Shown here: piece by piece, positions 19,067 through 27,108 of the stretch
How the letters are laid out: the number at the start of each line of letters is the position of its first letter
Position numbering within the stretch: the first letter of the stretch is position 1
NCBI GenBank assembly: GCA_029212785.1
Contig: JARGOG010000024.1
Span: 41 to 64,040 of the forward strand
Source of the DNA: Thalassobaculaceae bacterium
GTDB taxonomy: Bacteria; Pseudomonadota; Alphaproteobacteria; Thalassobaculales; Thalassobaculaceae
Direction of reading: 5' to 3'
DNA length: 64,000 bases
Translations under genes and position numbers: made by a program
The notes under the pieces: model-generated
The model's database searches: none
What the model saw: the letters and a program-made list of their open reading frames with translations, nothing else
What the model was told of the DNA's origin: nothing

Positions 19067-19474
19067 ATGAGCCAGGAAGCGGCGGTCGTGTTTGCCAACG
19101 AGGCGTTCTACCTCGCCTTCGCCACGCGTGATCTCAAAAGCATGGAGGAGATCTGGTCGCGAGATGCGCCGATCACCTGCGTGCACCCGGGATGGCGCCC
19201 CCTGATCGGCCGCGACGAGGTCATGGAAAGCTGGGCGACCATTCTTGGCAATCCGGCCGCGCCCGCTGTCGAGTTCCGCAATGCCCGCGCCTTCCTATAT
19301 GGCGACGTCGCCTGCGTGCTCGGCTACGAGGTCATCCAGGAAGACGTGCTGGCCGCCTCCAACACCTTCGTCAAGGAGGGCGTCAGTTGGCGGCTGGTCC
19401 ATCACCATGCGTCGCCGGTCGTCAACCGCCCTGAGTTCCCTGATACCTCCCCACCCCGCGGTCCGCTGATGTAA
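19067..19474 (+). CDS. SnoaL-like / NTF2-fold family protein
   Basis: Trimmed to ATG 19067 (MSQEAAVVFANEAFYLAF). ~135 aa with a pattern typical of DUF4440/SnoaL-like proteins (W..D....CVHPG...L.G...V..SW). Confidence 0.65.
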   Translation: MSQEAAVVFANEAFYLAFATRDLKSMEEIWSRDAPITCVHPGWRPLIGRDEVMESWATILGNPAAPAVEFRNARAFLYGDVACVLGYEVIQEDVLAASNTFVKEGVSWRLVHHHASPVVNRPEFPDTSPPRGPLM

Positions 19475-19524
19475 TCCCTGTCCAGGGCGGGAAGACCACC
19501 TCGAACACCCCCCCGGAAACAAAA

Positions 19525-19550
19525 GAGGCGGACAGTTTCCTGTCCGCCTC
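19525..19550 (-). terminator. Rho-independent terminator for the OmpA-family gene; possibly bidirectional
   Basis: Perfect 11-bp stem gaggcggacag / ctgtccgcctc with loop tttc. On the minus strand it is followed by TTTTGTTTCC and lies 41 nt downstream of the stop at 19591. It is also 51 nt after the plus-strand stop at 19474. Confidence 0.75.
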
Positions 19551-19590
19551 TCGTTCTGTGTCACCGACCGAGGGTCGGATCGGATCCCGA

Positions 19591-20460
19591 TTACTTGCGG
19601 ATCTCGATCTTCACCCGGCGGTTCTTCGGCTCTTTCACACCATCCGGCGTGACGACCTTGTTGTTCTTCTCACCGAACGCTTCGGTCGCCAGGGACGGTC
19701 CGCCGGCACCCAGCAGCCCCTTCAACTCGGCAGCCACGGCATCGGCACGACGCTGGGACAGAGCCTGGTTGTAGGCCTCGGAACCCGAACGGTCCGCATA
19801 GCCCGACACCGTCACCGTCGACGCGCTCATGTCGTCGGAGGCGTTGGCGGCATCGATCAGTGTCGACAGGGTCTGCGGCGTGATCGTGCTGCTGTCGAAG
19901 TCGAAGTACACGGTGAAGTTGGCGAAGGTCACCGGCGGTGCGGCGGCCGCCGGGGCGGCAGCAACGGCGGCTTCCATGGCCTCAAGGGCCGGCCAGAAAC
20001 GGTCACGGCACCAAGCAATGTCAGCCGGCTGGAAATTCTCTTCGGCTTCCTGCATCCAGCAATCGAACATGGCCTGGCCACGGGCCGAAGCCTCCGGAAC
20101 CTTGCCGGCGGCACCCGCTTCCAGGGCGGCTACCAGACGACGATGCGCCTCGGACAGGGCACCCTTGTGCTCCGCCGGGATCACACGGGCGTCGAGCGCC
20201 TCCGGGCCCGGAGGCGTGCCTTCCGCCGACGCGATGGCGCGCGCCGCGAACACGTCAGAGTCCACGTAGTCACCTTCGGCGAACTCCATCTCGGAAAGCG
20301 CCAGATATTCCTGGTACAGCGCCTTGCTGAATGCGTCCCCCTTCGGCGTGAGGCCGCGGGCGCTGTCCAACTGGAAGCCCGCACAGGCTGCCAAACTCAT
20401 CATCGCCGCGGCGGCGATCAGAGGCTTGGCTCCCCCCAAAATCTTGTGAAGCATATTCAT
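19591..20460 (-). CDS. OmpA family lipoprotein (peptidoglycan-binding C-terminal domain)
   Basis: Lipobox-like LAAC after a hydrophobic leader. C-terminal OmpA motif: GYADRSGSEAYNQALSQRRADAVAAEL...NRRVKIEI. Confidence 0.85.
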   Translation of the reverse strand: MNMLHKILGGAKPLIAAAAMMSLAACAGFQLDSARGLTPKGDAFSKALYQEYLALSEMEFAEGDYVDSDVFAARAIASAEGTPPGPEALDARVIPAEHKGALSEAHRRLVAALEAGAAGKVPEASARGQAMFDCWMQEAEENFQPADIAWCRDRFWPALEAMEAAVAAAPAAAAPPVTFANFTVYFDFDSSTITPQTLSTLIDAANASDDMSASTVTVSGYADRSGSEAYNQALSQRRADAVAAELKGLLGAGGPSLATEAFGEKNNKVVTPDGVKEPKNRRVKIEIRK

Positions 20461-20718
20461 CTCCTTTTCGTGTTCCTCGCGCCTCGTCTAAGGCAGCGCC
20501 ACCGAAAGGGTCGACCCCGCCCCCCGGTCCTACTGTTCAGACGCGTCCGCGGAGCCGGGTTCTCCGGCTCCAACTACAGACATTTCAACACTTTCGCCAT
20601 GGAACGCAAGGAAAACCCGGATTCCATATTGGGATCATGCAGTTGTCATCTCTGTCGACCCGGCAAACACACAAGAACCGGCACCGACATGCAATAGGCC
20701 GTTTATCGGCGCCAAAAG

Positions 20719-20838
20719 TCAGGCGAACCCGGTTGCCAGTGCGAACATGACCGAGAAGATCATGGCGGCAAAGGCGAAGCCGGCGATTGTCGGCCACAGT
20801 CCGAACTCTTTGCTGTCGTCCTGAGTATCGGGTGTCAT
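20719..20838 (-). CDS. Candidate 39-aa single-pass membrane protein just downstream of the TRAP permease (absent from the ORF track)
   Basis: My translation of the minus strand gives MTPDTQDDSKEFGLWPTIAGFAFAAMIFSVMFALATGFA*. The ATG (cat at 20836-20838) is preceded by GAGAAGGAGA with a 7-nt spacer and lies 25 nt after the permease stop (20864). Confidence 0.45.
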   Translation of the reverse strand: MTPDTQDDSKEFGLWPTIAGFAFAAMIFSVMFALATGFA

Positions 20839-20863
20839 CACGCAGTCTCCTTCTCGATACCGG

Positions 20864-22849
20864 TCAGCCAAGCGCCTGTGGGAGCCAGAGCGCGATCTCG
20901 GGGAACATCATCACCAGGATCAGGCCGATGATCTGCAGGCCGATGAACGGAATGACCGCGGCGAAAATCTCCTGCAGCTCGATGTCCGGCGGCGCCACCG
21001 ACTTCAGCCAGAAGCAGGCCGGACCGAATGGCGGCGACAGGAAGTAGATCTGCATGTTCATCACGAACAACACGCCGAACCACACCGCCGCCCATTCCGG
21101 ATCGAGGCCAAGTTCGGGCGCCATGTCGACGACCACGGGAGCGAAGATCGGCACCGTGATGAACACGATCGCGATCCACTCCATGAACGTCCCCAGCACC
21201 ACCAGGATGGCCATCATCACCAGGATGATGCCGATCGCCGGAAGATCCAGGCCGGAGAACAGGCTGCGCATGAACTCGCCGCCACCGACCAAGTTGTAGA
21301 TGCCGACGAAGCTCACCGCGCCCAGGATCAGCCAGACGATCGTGCCGACCGTGGCCATGGTCTGGGTCAGGGCTTCCTGCAGCATGCTCCAGTTGAAGCG
21401 CATGCGCACCGCCGCAACGACGATGGAACCGAACACGCCGACACCGGCGGCTTCGGTCACGCTGGCGATACCGCCATAGATCGAGCCCATGACGCAGGCG
21501 ATAAGCAGGATCGAGAGCCCGACAGCGACACTGCGGTTCGAGGAGAGCTTCTGCTCGACGTCGCCGCGCTCGGCCACTTCGGACGCAGTCGGCGCCAGGC
21601 TCGGGTTCAGATAGCAGCGGACCAGCACGAAGATGATGTAGAAGGACGCTAGCAGCAGGCCCGGCAGAGCGCCGGCCATGAACAGGTCGCCGATCGAGAC
21701 CTGAGCCGACAGACCGTACACGATCATGATGATCGATGGTGGGATCAGCGTCGCCAGCGAGCCGCCGGCGCAGATCGTGCCGATCGACAGTTTGCGGTCA
21801 TATCCGAGACGCAGCATCTGCGGTAGCGCGACCAGGCCCAGCATGACGATCTCGCCACCCATGATGCCCGACATCGCGGCCATGATGACCGCCACGATGA
21901 CGGTCTGGACCGCGACGCCGCCGCGCAGATTGCCGGCGAAGATCGACATGGCGTCGAACAGGTCCTCGGCGATGCCCGCCTTTTCCAGGATCGAGGCCAT
22001 CAGCACGAACAGCGGCACCGCCACCAGCGGGTAGGATTCCAGCAGCCCGAAGGCGTTGGTCGAGACTAGGTACAGGCCCTTGGGGCCGAAGAACAGCAGC
22101 GCGCAGACGATCGAGATGATCAGCGTCACGACACCGAGCGGCATGCCGGTCATCATCAGCAGCAGCAGAGCGGCGACGATGCCGACGCTGACCGTGCCGA
22201 TGTCATAGGACCGGATGTTGATGAGTTGGCGCAGGTCGAACGTCTCGGCGATTGTGGTCGAGGCGGAATCGGCCCATTCCGAAAGGATGAAGCCTTCCCA
22301 GTAGTGGCCGATCAGCAGCAGAGCCAGACGGGCGATGAGGATCACCGAAACCGCGACTATCGCGAGACGGGCGATCGGATTGACCAGGTGCCGGTAAAAG
22401 TTCGACAGAAGTTGCAGCAGATAGACGGTCGCGCCGAGGAACAGCGCGGTTTTGAGCATCAGCGGCTCGGGTGAATTGAAGGCGCTGCCAGCGCGCTCGA
22501 CATTGCTGATCGCATCCAGGGCCCGGCCCATCGTGTCGTTGGTCAGCAGGAACAGCGCAATGACACCGACGATGAGGGCGAACAGATCCAACCGCCATTT
22601 CGTGCGATCGGAGGCCATCAGGTAGAAGACTGTGATGCCGATGTGCCGGTTCTTCAACGTCACGTAGCCGGCCGACAACATCCAGGCGGTGGCGCAGAAC
22701 ACCATGACCATCTCGAACGCCCATTGGGTCGGCGAGTGGAAAGCGTAGCGCGAGATCACCTCGTACAGCGTGATCACGCCGCATAGGAAATACAGTTGCG
22801 CGACCGCAAGGCCAGTGAACTGGCTAAACTTGTTGATAGCTGAATTCAT
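20864..22849 (-). CDS. TRAP transporter fused small/large permease (DctQ-DctM fusion)
   Basis: ~660-aa highly hydrophobic protein: a DctQ-like N-terminal ~180 aa followed by a DctM-like body. Trimmed to ATG 22847-22849 (MNSAINKF). Adjacent to the TRAP substrate-binding protein. Confidence 0.9.
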   Translation of the reverse strand: MNSAINKFSQFTGLAVAQLYFLCGVITLYEVISRYAFHSPTQWAFEMVMVFCATAWMLSAGYVTLKNRHIGITVFYLMASDRTKWRLDLFALIVGVIALFLLTNDTMGRALDAISNVERAGSAFNSPEPLMLKTALFLGATVYLLQLLSNFYRHLVNPIARLAIVAVSVILIARLALLLIGHYWEGFILSEWADSASTTIAETFDLRQLINIRSYDIGTVSVGIVAALLLLMMTGMPLGVVTLIISIVCALLFFGPKGLYLVSTNAFGLLESYPLVAVPLFVLMASILEKAGIAEDLFDAMSIFAGNLRGGVAVQTVIVAVIMAAMSGIMGGEIVMLGLVALPQMLRLGYDRKLSIGTICAGGSLATLIPPSIIMIVYGLSAQVSIGDLFMAGALPGLLLASFYIIFVLVRCYLNPSLAPTASEVAERGDVEQKLSSNRSVAVGLSILLIACVMGSIYGGIASVTEAAGVGVFGSIVVAAVRMRFNWSMLQEALTQTMATVGTIVWLILGAVSFVGIYNLVGGGEFMRSLFSGLDLPAIGIILVMMAILVVLGTFMEWIAIVFITVPIFAPVVVDMAPELGLDPEWAAVWFGVLFVMNMQIYFLSPPFGPACFWLKSVAPPDIELQEIFAAVIPFIGLQIIGLILVMMFPEIALWLPQALG

Positions 22850-22968
22850 CGTACCGCTTTCCGGGCCTCGGGGCGCACGCACATGAAAAAAAATCAGGCG
22901 ACGTCGTGTCGCCTGGGCATAGAGCGATCCGAGGCCCTGGTCGGGCCCCGGATCGTCCGTGTCTCAGA

Positions 22969-24000
22969 TCAGTCGTCGAGCAGACCGATCCGCTTCATGT
23001 ATGCCAGGTGCGCGTCCAGCGCCTCGCGCGCCAACGGCGACTTGGAGGCCGCGCTCTCCCAGGCCTCCACGGCGATCTCACGGAACTTCTGCCGGTCTTC
23101 CTTCGACCAGTCGACGATCGTGATATCACCCTTCGCCTTATGCTCGGCGACGAGGTCGCGGTCCTGCAGGTCGGCCTGACGCAGCATGGTGACGTAGGCC
23201 GCATTGTACCAGACGTCGAGGATGGTGCGCTCGGCTTCCGTCATGCCCTCCCAGACGTCCTTGTTCATGATGAACTGCAGGACGGCCATGGAGTGGATGC
23301 CCGGATAGATCGGGAACTTGGCGACCTTGTGCATGCCGGACGCTTCGTTGTTCACGAAGGCCGAAGCATCGGCGGCGTCGACGATGCCCTTATCCAGCGA
23401 GGTGTAGACCTCGGAGAACGGGATTGACACCGGCGAGGCGCCCGCCAGGCGGAACACGTCAGCCGCCAGGCCTTCCGGAGAGCGGATCTTGATGCCCTTG
23501 AGATCTTCCACGCCCTTGATCGGCACGGTCGAGACCAGAGCTTCCTTGGTGTACGGGCCACAGCCGATCACATGGATCGAGTCCGGCCAGTGCTTGTCGT
23601 AGATTTTCTGCAGCACTTCCTTGCCGCCACCCTCGTGGCAGAAGTCGCGGACCTGATGCGGCGTGTCGTAACCGGCGATCAGATCGCCGATGATGCCGAA
23701 AGCCGGGTCGCGACCGGCGAAGTAGGAAACGGCGTTCAGATCGCCATCGAGAATACCGTTGGCGACGGCGTCGACCGTCTCGCGGTGCGGAACGACGGAC
23801 TTGGTCGGCAGAACCTCGACCTCGATGCTGCCGCCGCTCATGATGCCGACCTTCTGCTGCCAGCCGTCTGTCATGAAGCGGTGCGCCCAGTCGCCCGGGC
23901 TCGAGCTTGCCTGAAGTTTCAGGGTGCGGGCGTCGGCATCGCCGATCGCAAACGCACTAATGGTGATCGCCGCAAGCGCGACGGCCAGTGTTTTCCGCAT
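22969..24000 (-). CDS. TRAP transporter substrate-binding protein (DctP superfamily, mannitol/chloroaromatic-type subfamily)
   Basis: Signal peptide MRKTLAVALAAITISAFAIGDADA. 343 aa with a pattern typical of TRAP SBPs. Sits upstream of the fused permease. Confidence 0.85.
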   Translation of the reverse strand: MRKTLAVALAAITISAFAIGDADARTLKLQASSSPGDWAHRFMTDGWQQKVGIMSGGSIEVEVLPTKSVVPHRETVDAVANGILDGDLNAVSYFAGRDPAFGIIGDLIAGYDTPHQVRDFCHEGGGKEVLQKIYDKHWPDSIHVIGCGPYTKEALVSTVPIKGVEDLKGIKIRSPEGLAADVFRLAGASPVSIPFSEVYTSLDKGIVDAADASAFVNNEASGMHKVAKFPIYPGIHSMAVLQFIMNKDVWEGMTEAERTILDVWYNAAYVTMLRQADLQDRDLVAEHKAKGDITIVDWSKEDRQKFREIAVEAWESAASKSPLAREALDAHLAYMKRIGLLDD

Positions 24001-24134
24001 CGTTTCCTCCCTCGTGCGGTATGTGGAAATCCCTGTTGTCAGGGTTTGGCGTTCTTATGATTGAGGCGCGAGTGTCACAACGCGGTGACGAAGATGTCAA
24101 CAATGCAAGATTGGCACACTCGCGCTTTCGGGGA

Positions 24135-24680
24135 TCATGTCTTGTTTTTGGCCGCATCCCTTGGCTGAATGTGACGCACGGCGAAACCGCCGCCGGGAGT
24201 CGGCACCAGCGCCTTAATCGCCCTGCCGCCAAAAGTCTGATCCACCAGCTCGTTCAGCGCGGCATCGCCGCCACCATACGGCGCCACCAGATCGATCAGC
24301 CAGGGGATGTCGCCGCCGTCCCACTCGTTCGGCCGCAGCCGGTTCTGCCCCTGAAGCAGGCGCTTCTCCACCTCCTCGGTCACCATCGCCCAGGAGGCGT
24401 AGACGACCGGAGCCGCCCCACGCTCCGTGCGGCGACGCCAGATCCGGACCTGACGCTTGGTCAGCGGCGGCAGGACCAGCCACTCGAGATCCGACAGGAA
24501 TATGTGGCGATGGGTCGGGGACTGGCCCATCAGCGAGACAATCTGTCCCAGCAGGCGGGTCATATCGTCGCGCGGCGCGTCAGCGGCCGGCGGCGGTGCA
24601 CCCGCAGGGGCCTCGCGCTCCGGCGTAGCCCCCTCTCCCTCGGCTCCATTGGTTCCGAACACCGTATCGTCGCTCATCAT
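24135..24680 (-). CDS. RTX toxin-activating lysine-acyltransferase family protein (HlyC/CyaC-like)
   Basis: Trimmed to MMSDDTVF (cat cat at 24675-24680). The core LLGQIVSLMGQSPTHRHIFLSDLEWLVLPPL...PVVYASWAMVTEEVEKRLL...WDGGDIPWLIDLVAPYGG matches the HlyC family pattern as I know it. The listed 329-aa ORF is an extension across the Usp gene. Confidence 0.8.
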   Translation of the reverse strand: MMSDDTVFGTNGAEGEGATPEREAPAGAPPPAADAPRDDMTRLLGQIVSLMGQSPTHRHIFLSDLEWLVLPPLTKRQVRIWRRRTERGAAPVVYASWAMVTEEVEKRLLQGQNRLRPNEWDGGDIPWLIDLVAPYGGGDAALNELVDQTFGGRAIKALVPTPGGGFAVRHIQPRDAAKNKT

Positions 24681-24751
24681 CCCCCCTGAGCTTATTTTTC
24701 CGGGTCCCGGGCCCCGGATATCACACCGGGGCCGGGCCTGCGGACCGCGAA

Positions 24752-25567
24752 TCAGTGCGCGAAGATCACCGGCATCGTCGCATCGGCGATGATGTCGCTG
24801 GTCGCACCGCCGAAGATCATCTGGCGCAGCCGGCTCTGGGTGTAGGCCCCCTTGACCAGGAGATCGACCCCCTCGGCCTCGGCAACCTCCAGCACATCCA
24901 TGCCCGGACCACGCATCGAGCGTTTGCCCGTCGCGATCGTCGCATCGACGCCGTGCATCTTGAGGTAGTCGACCAGGGCCGTCCCGTCGGGACCCGGCAC
25001 CGACCAGCCGTCGATCTCGATCACGATGGCCTTGTCCGCCGAACGGATCGCCGGCAGGGCCTGGCCGATCAGCCGCGCGGTCTCCGTGCTGCGGTTCCAG
25101 GCGATCGCGACGGTGCCGCCGCATGCCCGGGTCCAGCCGACGGGCACCAGCGTTACCGTGCGTCCGCCCTCGAACAATGCGGTTTCGAACACCGCCCGCC
25201 AGTCGGTCTCCTCGCTCTTGCCGACGATGGTCGTGTCGAACAGCCGGGCAGCTTCGCCGATACCGAAACGCGCCCGCAGCGGCTCGTCACTGAGGTCGAC
25301 CAGCGCCCCGTCGTCGCCGAGGGCATCGATGCGCACCCGCATGGCGGCCAGCGCCTCCTCGGCCTCACGGGCGAGATCCGGGCCCTTGTCGGCATAGTCG
25401 ATGATGCCGACGCCCATGGGGTCGACCAGCGGGCTCTCCACAGGTCTCGGATAGAAAGTGGCCCGCACGCGTCCGCCCGATCGCTTGGCGAACAAGACGG
25501 CGGCCTCCAGCGGGGCACGATCGACCCCGTCGCGGCCGAACGGCAGAAAAAAGGACTTCATCTGCAT
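24752..25567 (-). CDS. Universal stress protein, tandem UspA domains
   Basis: 271 aa. C-terminal Usp motif LLVKGAYTQSRLRQMIFGGATSDIIADATMPVIFAH. Confidence 0.85.
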   Translation of the reverse strand: MQMKSFFLPFGRDGVDRAPLEAAVLFAKRSGGRVRATFYPRPVESPLVDPMGVGIIDYADKGPDLAREAEEALAAMRVRIDALGDDGALVDLSDEPLRARFGIGEAARLFDTTIVGKSEETDWRAVFETALFEGGRTVTLVPVGWTRACGGTVAIAWNRSTETARLIGQALPAIRSADKAIVIEIDGWSVPGPDGTALVDYLKMHGVDATIATGKRSMRGPGMDVLEVAEAEGVDLLVKGAYTQSRLRQMIFGGATSDIIADATMPVIFAH

Positions 25568-25653
25568 TCTCCCTCGGTGTGGCCGTGCTTGTCGCCGGCG
25601 GTCCCGATGTCATGATACCGGAAACCTTCCCGTCAAGGCACCGGATTGGAATT

Positions 25654-27087
25654 ATGGCCGATATTCGCATCGACAATACACTCGTCGTGACCATGGACGA
25701 TGATCGTCGCGTGCTGGAAACGGCCAGTGTCGCCATTTCCGGATCGAGAATCACCGCAATCGGTCCGCGCGACCAGATCGCCCGCGATTTTCCGGCGGAA
25801 ACCGTGATCGACGGTACCCGCAAGGCGCTGATGCCGGGATTCGTCGACGTTCACGCCCATGCCGGTCACGGGCTGATCAAGACCCTGGGCGTCGCCTTCG
25901 ACGGGGAATGGGAGCGGGCCTGCCATACCGCCTACACCGTGGCGTCCGACACCGCGTTCTGGGCGGCGGAGGCCGCGTTGTCGGCGGTAGAGCGCATCCG
26001 CTGCGGCACGACGACAGGCGTGTCCTATCTCGGTGGCGGCGACGACGTGATGCGCACAGACGAGACGATCTATGCCGATGCCCATTGTCGTGAGATCCAG
26101 CGGATCGGCACCCGCTCGGTGGTTGCGGTCGGCATCAACCGACCACCCTTCCCAAAGACCTATGCCAACATTGAAGACGGCGGGTATCGCGAGCACCCGG
26201 TTTCCTTCGACACGCAACTCTCCGCCTGTGAAGCGGTGGTCCGGGCCTGGGACGGCGGCGCGGGCGGCCAGGTGAAGATCGCCGTCAGCTTCCCGGTGCA
26301 CCATCGCGGCTCACCCCAGGACGCCGTCCTCGCCGAAATACGCGACCAGGCGCGGGCGACCCGCGAACTGACCAGACGCCACGGCGTGATTTTCACCCAG
26401 GATGGCCACCGCCAGGGCAGCATCCGCCTCGCCCACGAGATATTTGGCCTGCTTGGCCCGGATGCGCTGATGAGCCATTCGGTCGATCTGGACGCCGAGG
26501 AGATCCGCCTGGTCGCCGAGACCGGCACGAAGATCGCCCACAACCCGTCGGCCAACCGCTCGATCACCGGCCGCTGCCCGGTGCCGGAACTGATCGAGGC
26601 GGGGGCCGTGGTCGGCCTCGGTTCCGACGGAACCGCACCGGACCGGGGCTACGACATGTTCCGCCACATGTTCCAGGCGATGCATTACCACCGCCGCCAT
26701 TTCCGCGACCCGTCGGTCTTGCCCGCGGGCAAGGTGCTGGAGATGGCGACGATCGACGGCGCCAGGACGCTGGGCATGGACACCGAAATCGGCTCGATCG
26801 AGGTCGGCAAGCAGGCCGACCTGATTCTCGTCGACCTGTTCAAGCCGCACATGGTGCCGATGACCATGCCGCTCTACCGACTGGCCTGTTTCGCCAACGG
26901 CGCCGATGTGGACTCCACCATCGTCGCCGGCCGGATCCTGATGCAGGGACGCAAACTGGTCGGAATCGATGAGGACGCGGTGCTGTGGGAGGCGGAGCGC
27001 CAGGCGGCGCTGATGGTCGAACGGGCGGGCCTCAAGGAGCTGGAACGGATTCCGGAGCGATTCTGGGGCGTGGCGCGGGGCGGGTAG
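25654..27087 (+). CDS. Amidohydrolase family protein (aminohydrolase/deaminase/chlorohydrolase subgroup)
   Basis: Trimmed to ATG 25654 (MADIRIDNTLVVTMDD). Metal-binding GFVDVHAHAGHG, later HSV and GSDG motifs typical of the MtaD/TrzA/AtzB-like subgroup. Confidence 0.85.
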   Translation: MADIRIDNTLVVTMDDDRRVLETASVAISGSRITAIGPRDQIARDFPAETVIDGTRKALMPGFVDVHAHAGHGLIKTLGVAFDGEWERACHTAYTVASDTAFWAAEAALSAVERIRCGTTTGVSYLGGGDDVMRTDETIYADAHCREIQRIGTRSVVAVGINRPPFPKTYANIEDGGYREHPVSFDTQLSACEAVVRAWDGGAGGQVKIAVSFPVHHRGSPQDAVLAEIRDQARATRELTRRHGVIFTQDGHRQGSIRLAHEIFGLLGPDALMSHSVDLDAEEIRLVAETGTKIAHNPSANRSITGRCPVPELIEAGAVVGLGSDGTAPDRGYDMFRHMFQAMHYHRRHFRDPSVLPAGKVLEMATIDGARTLGMDTEIGSIEVGKQADLILVDLFKPHMVPMTMPLYRLACFANGADVDSTIVAGRILMQGRKLVGIDEDAVLWEAERQAALMVERAGLKELERIPERFWGVARGG

Positions 27088-27108
27088 CGCCGCCGATACC
27101 GTCCCGCG

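Noticed and set aside
20585-20797. 70-aa minus-strand ORF in the TRAP/OmpA intergenic region.
   Set aside because: The product is Cys/Arg-rich with no RBS. It is in a different frame from the better-supported 39-aa ORF at 20719..20838.
24681-25124. 148-codon extension of the HlyC-like ORF (listed as 329 aa).
   Set aside because: It overlaps the Usp gene in another frame. The HlyC family is ~150-180 aa, and the MMSDD start leaves a 71-nt intergenic gap.
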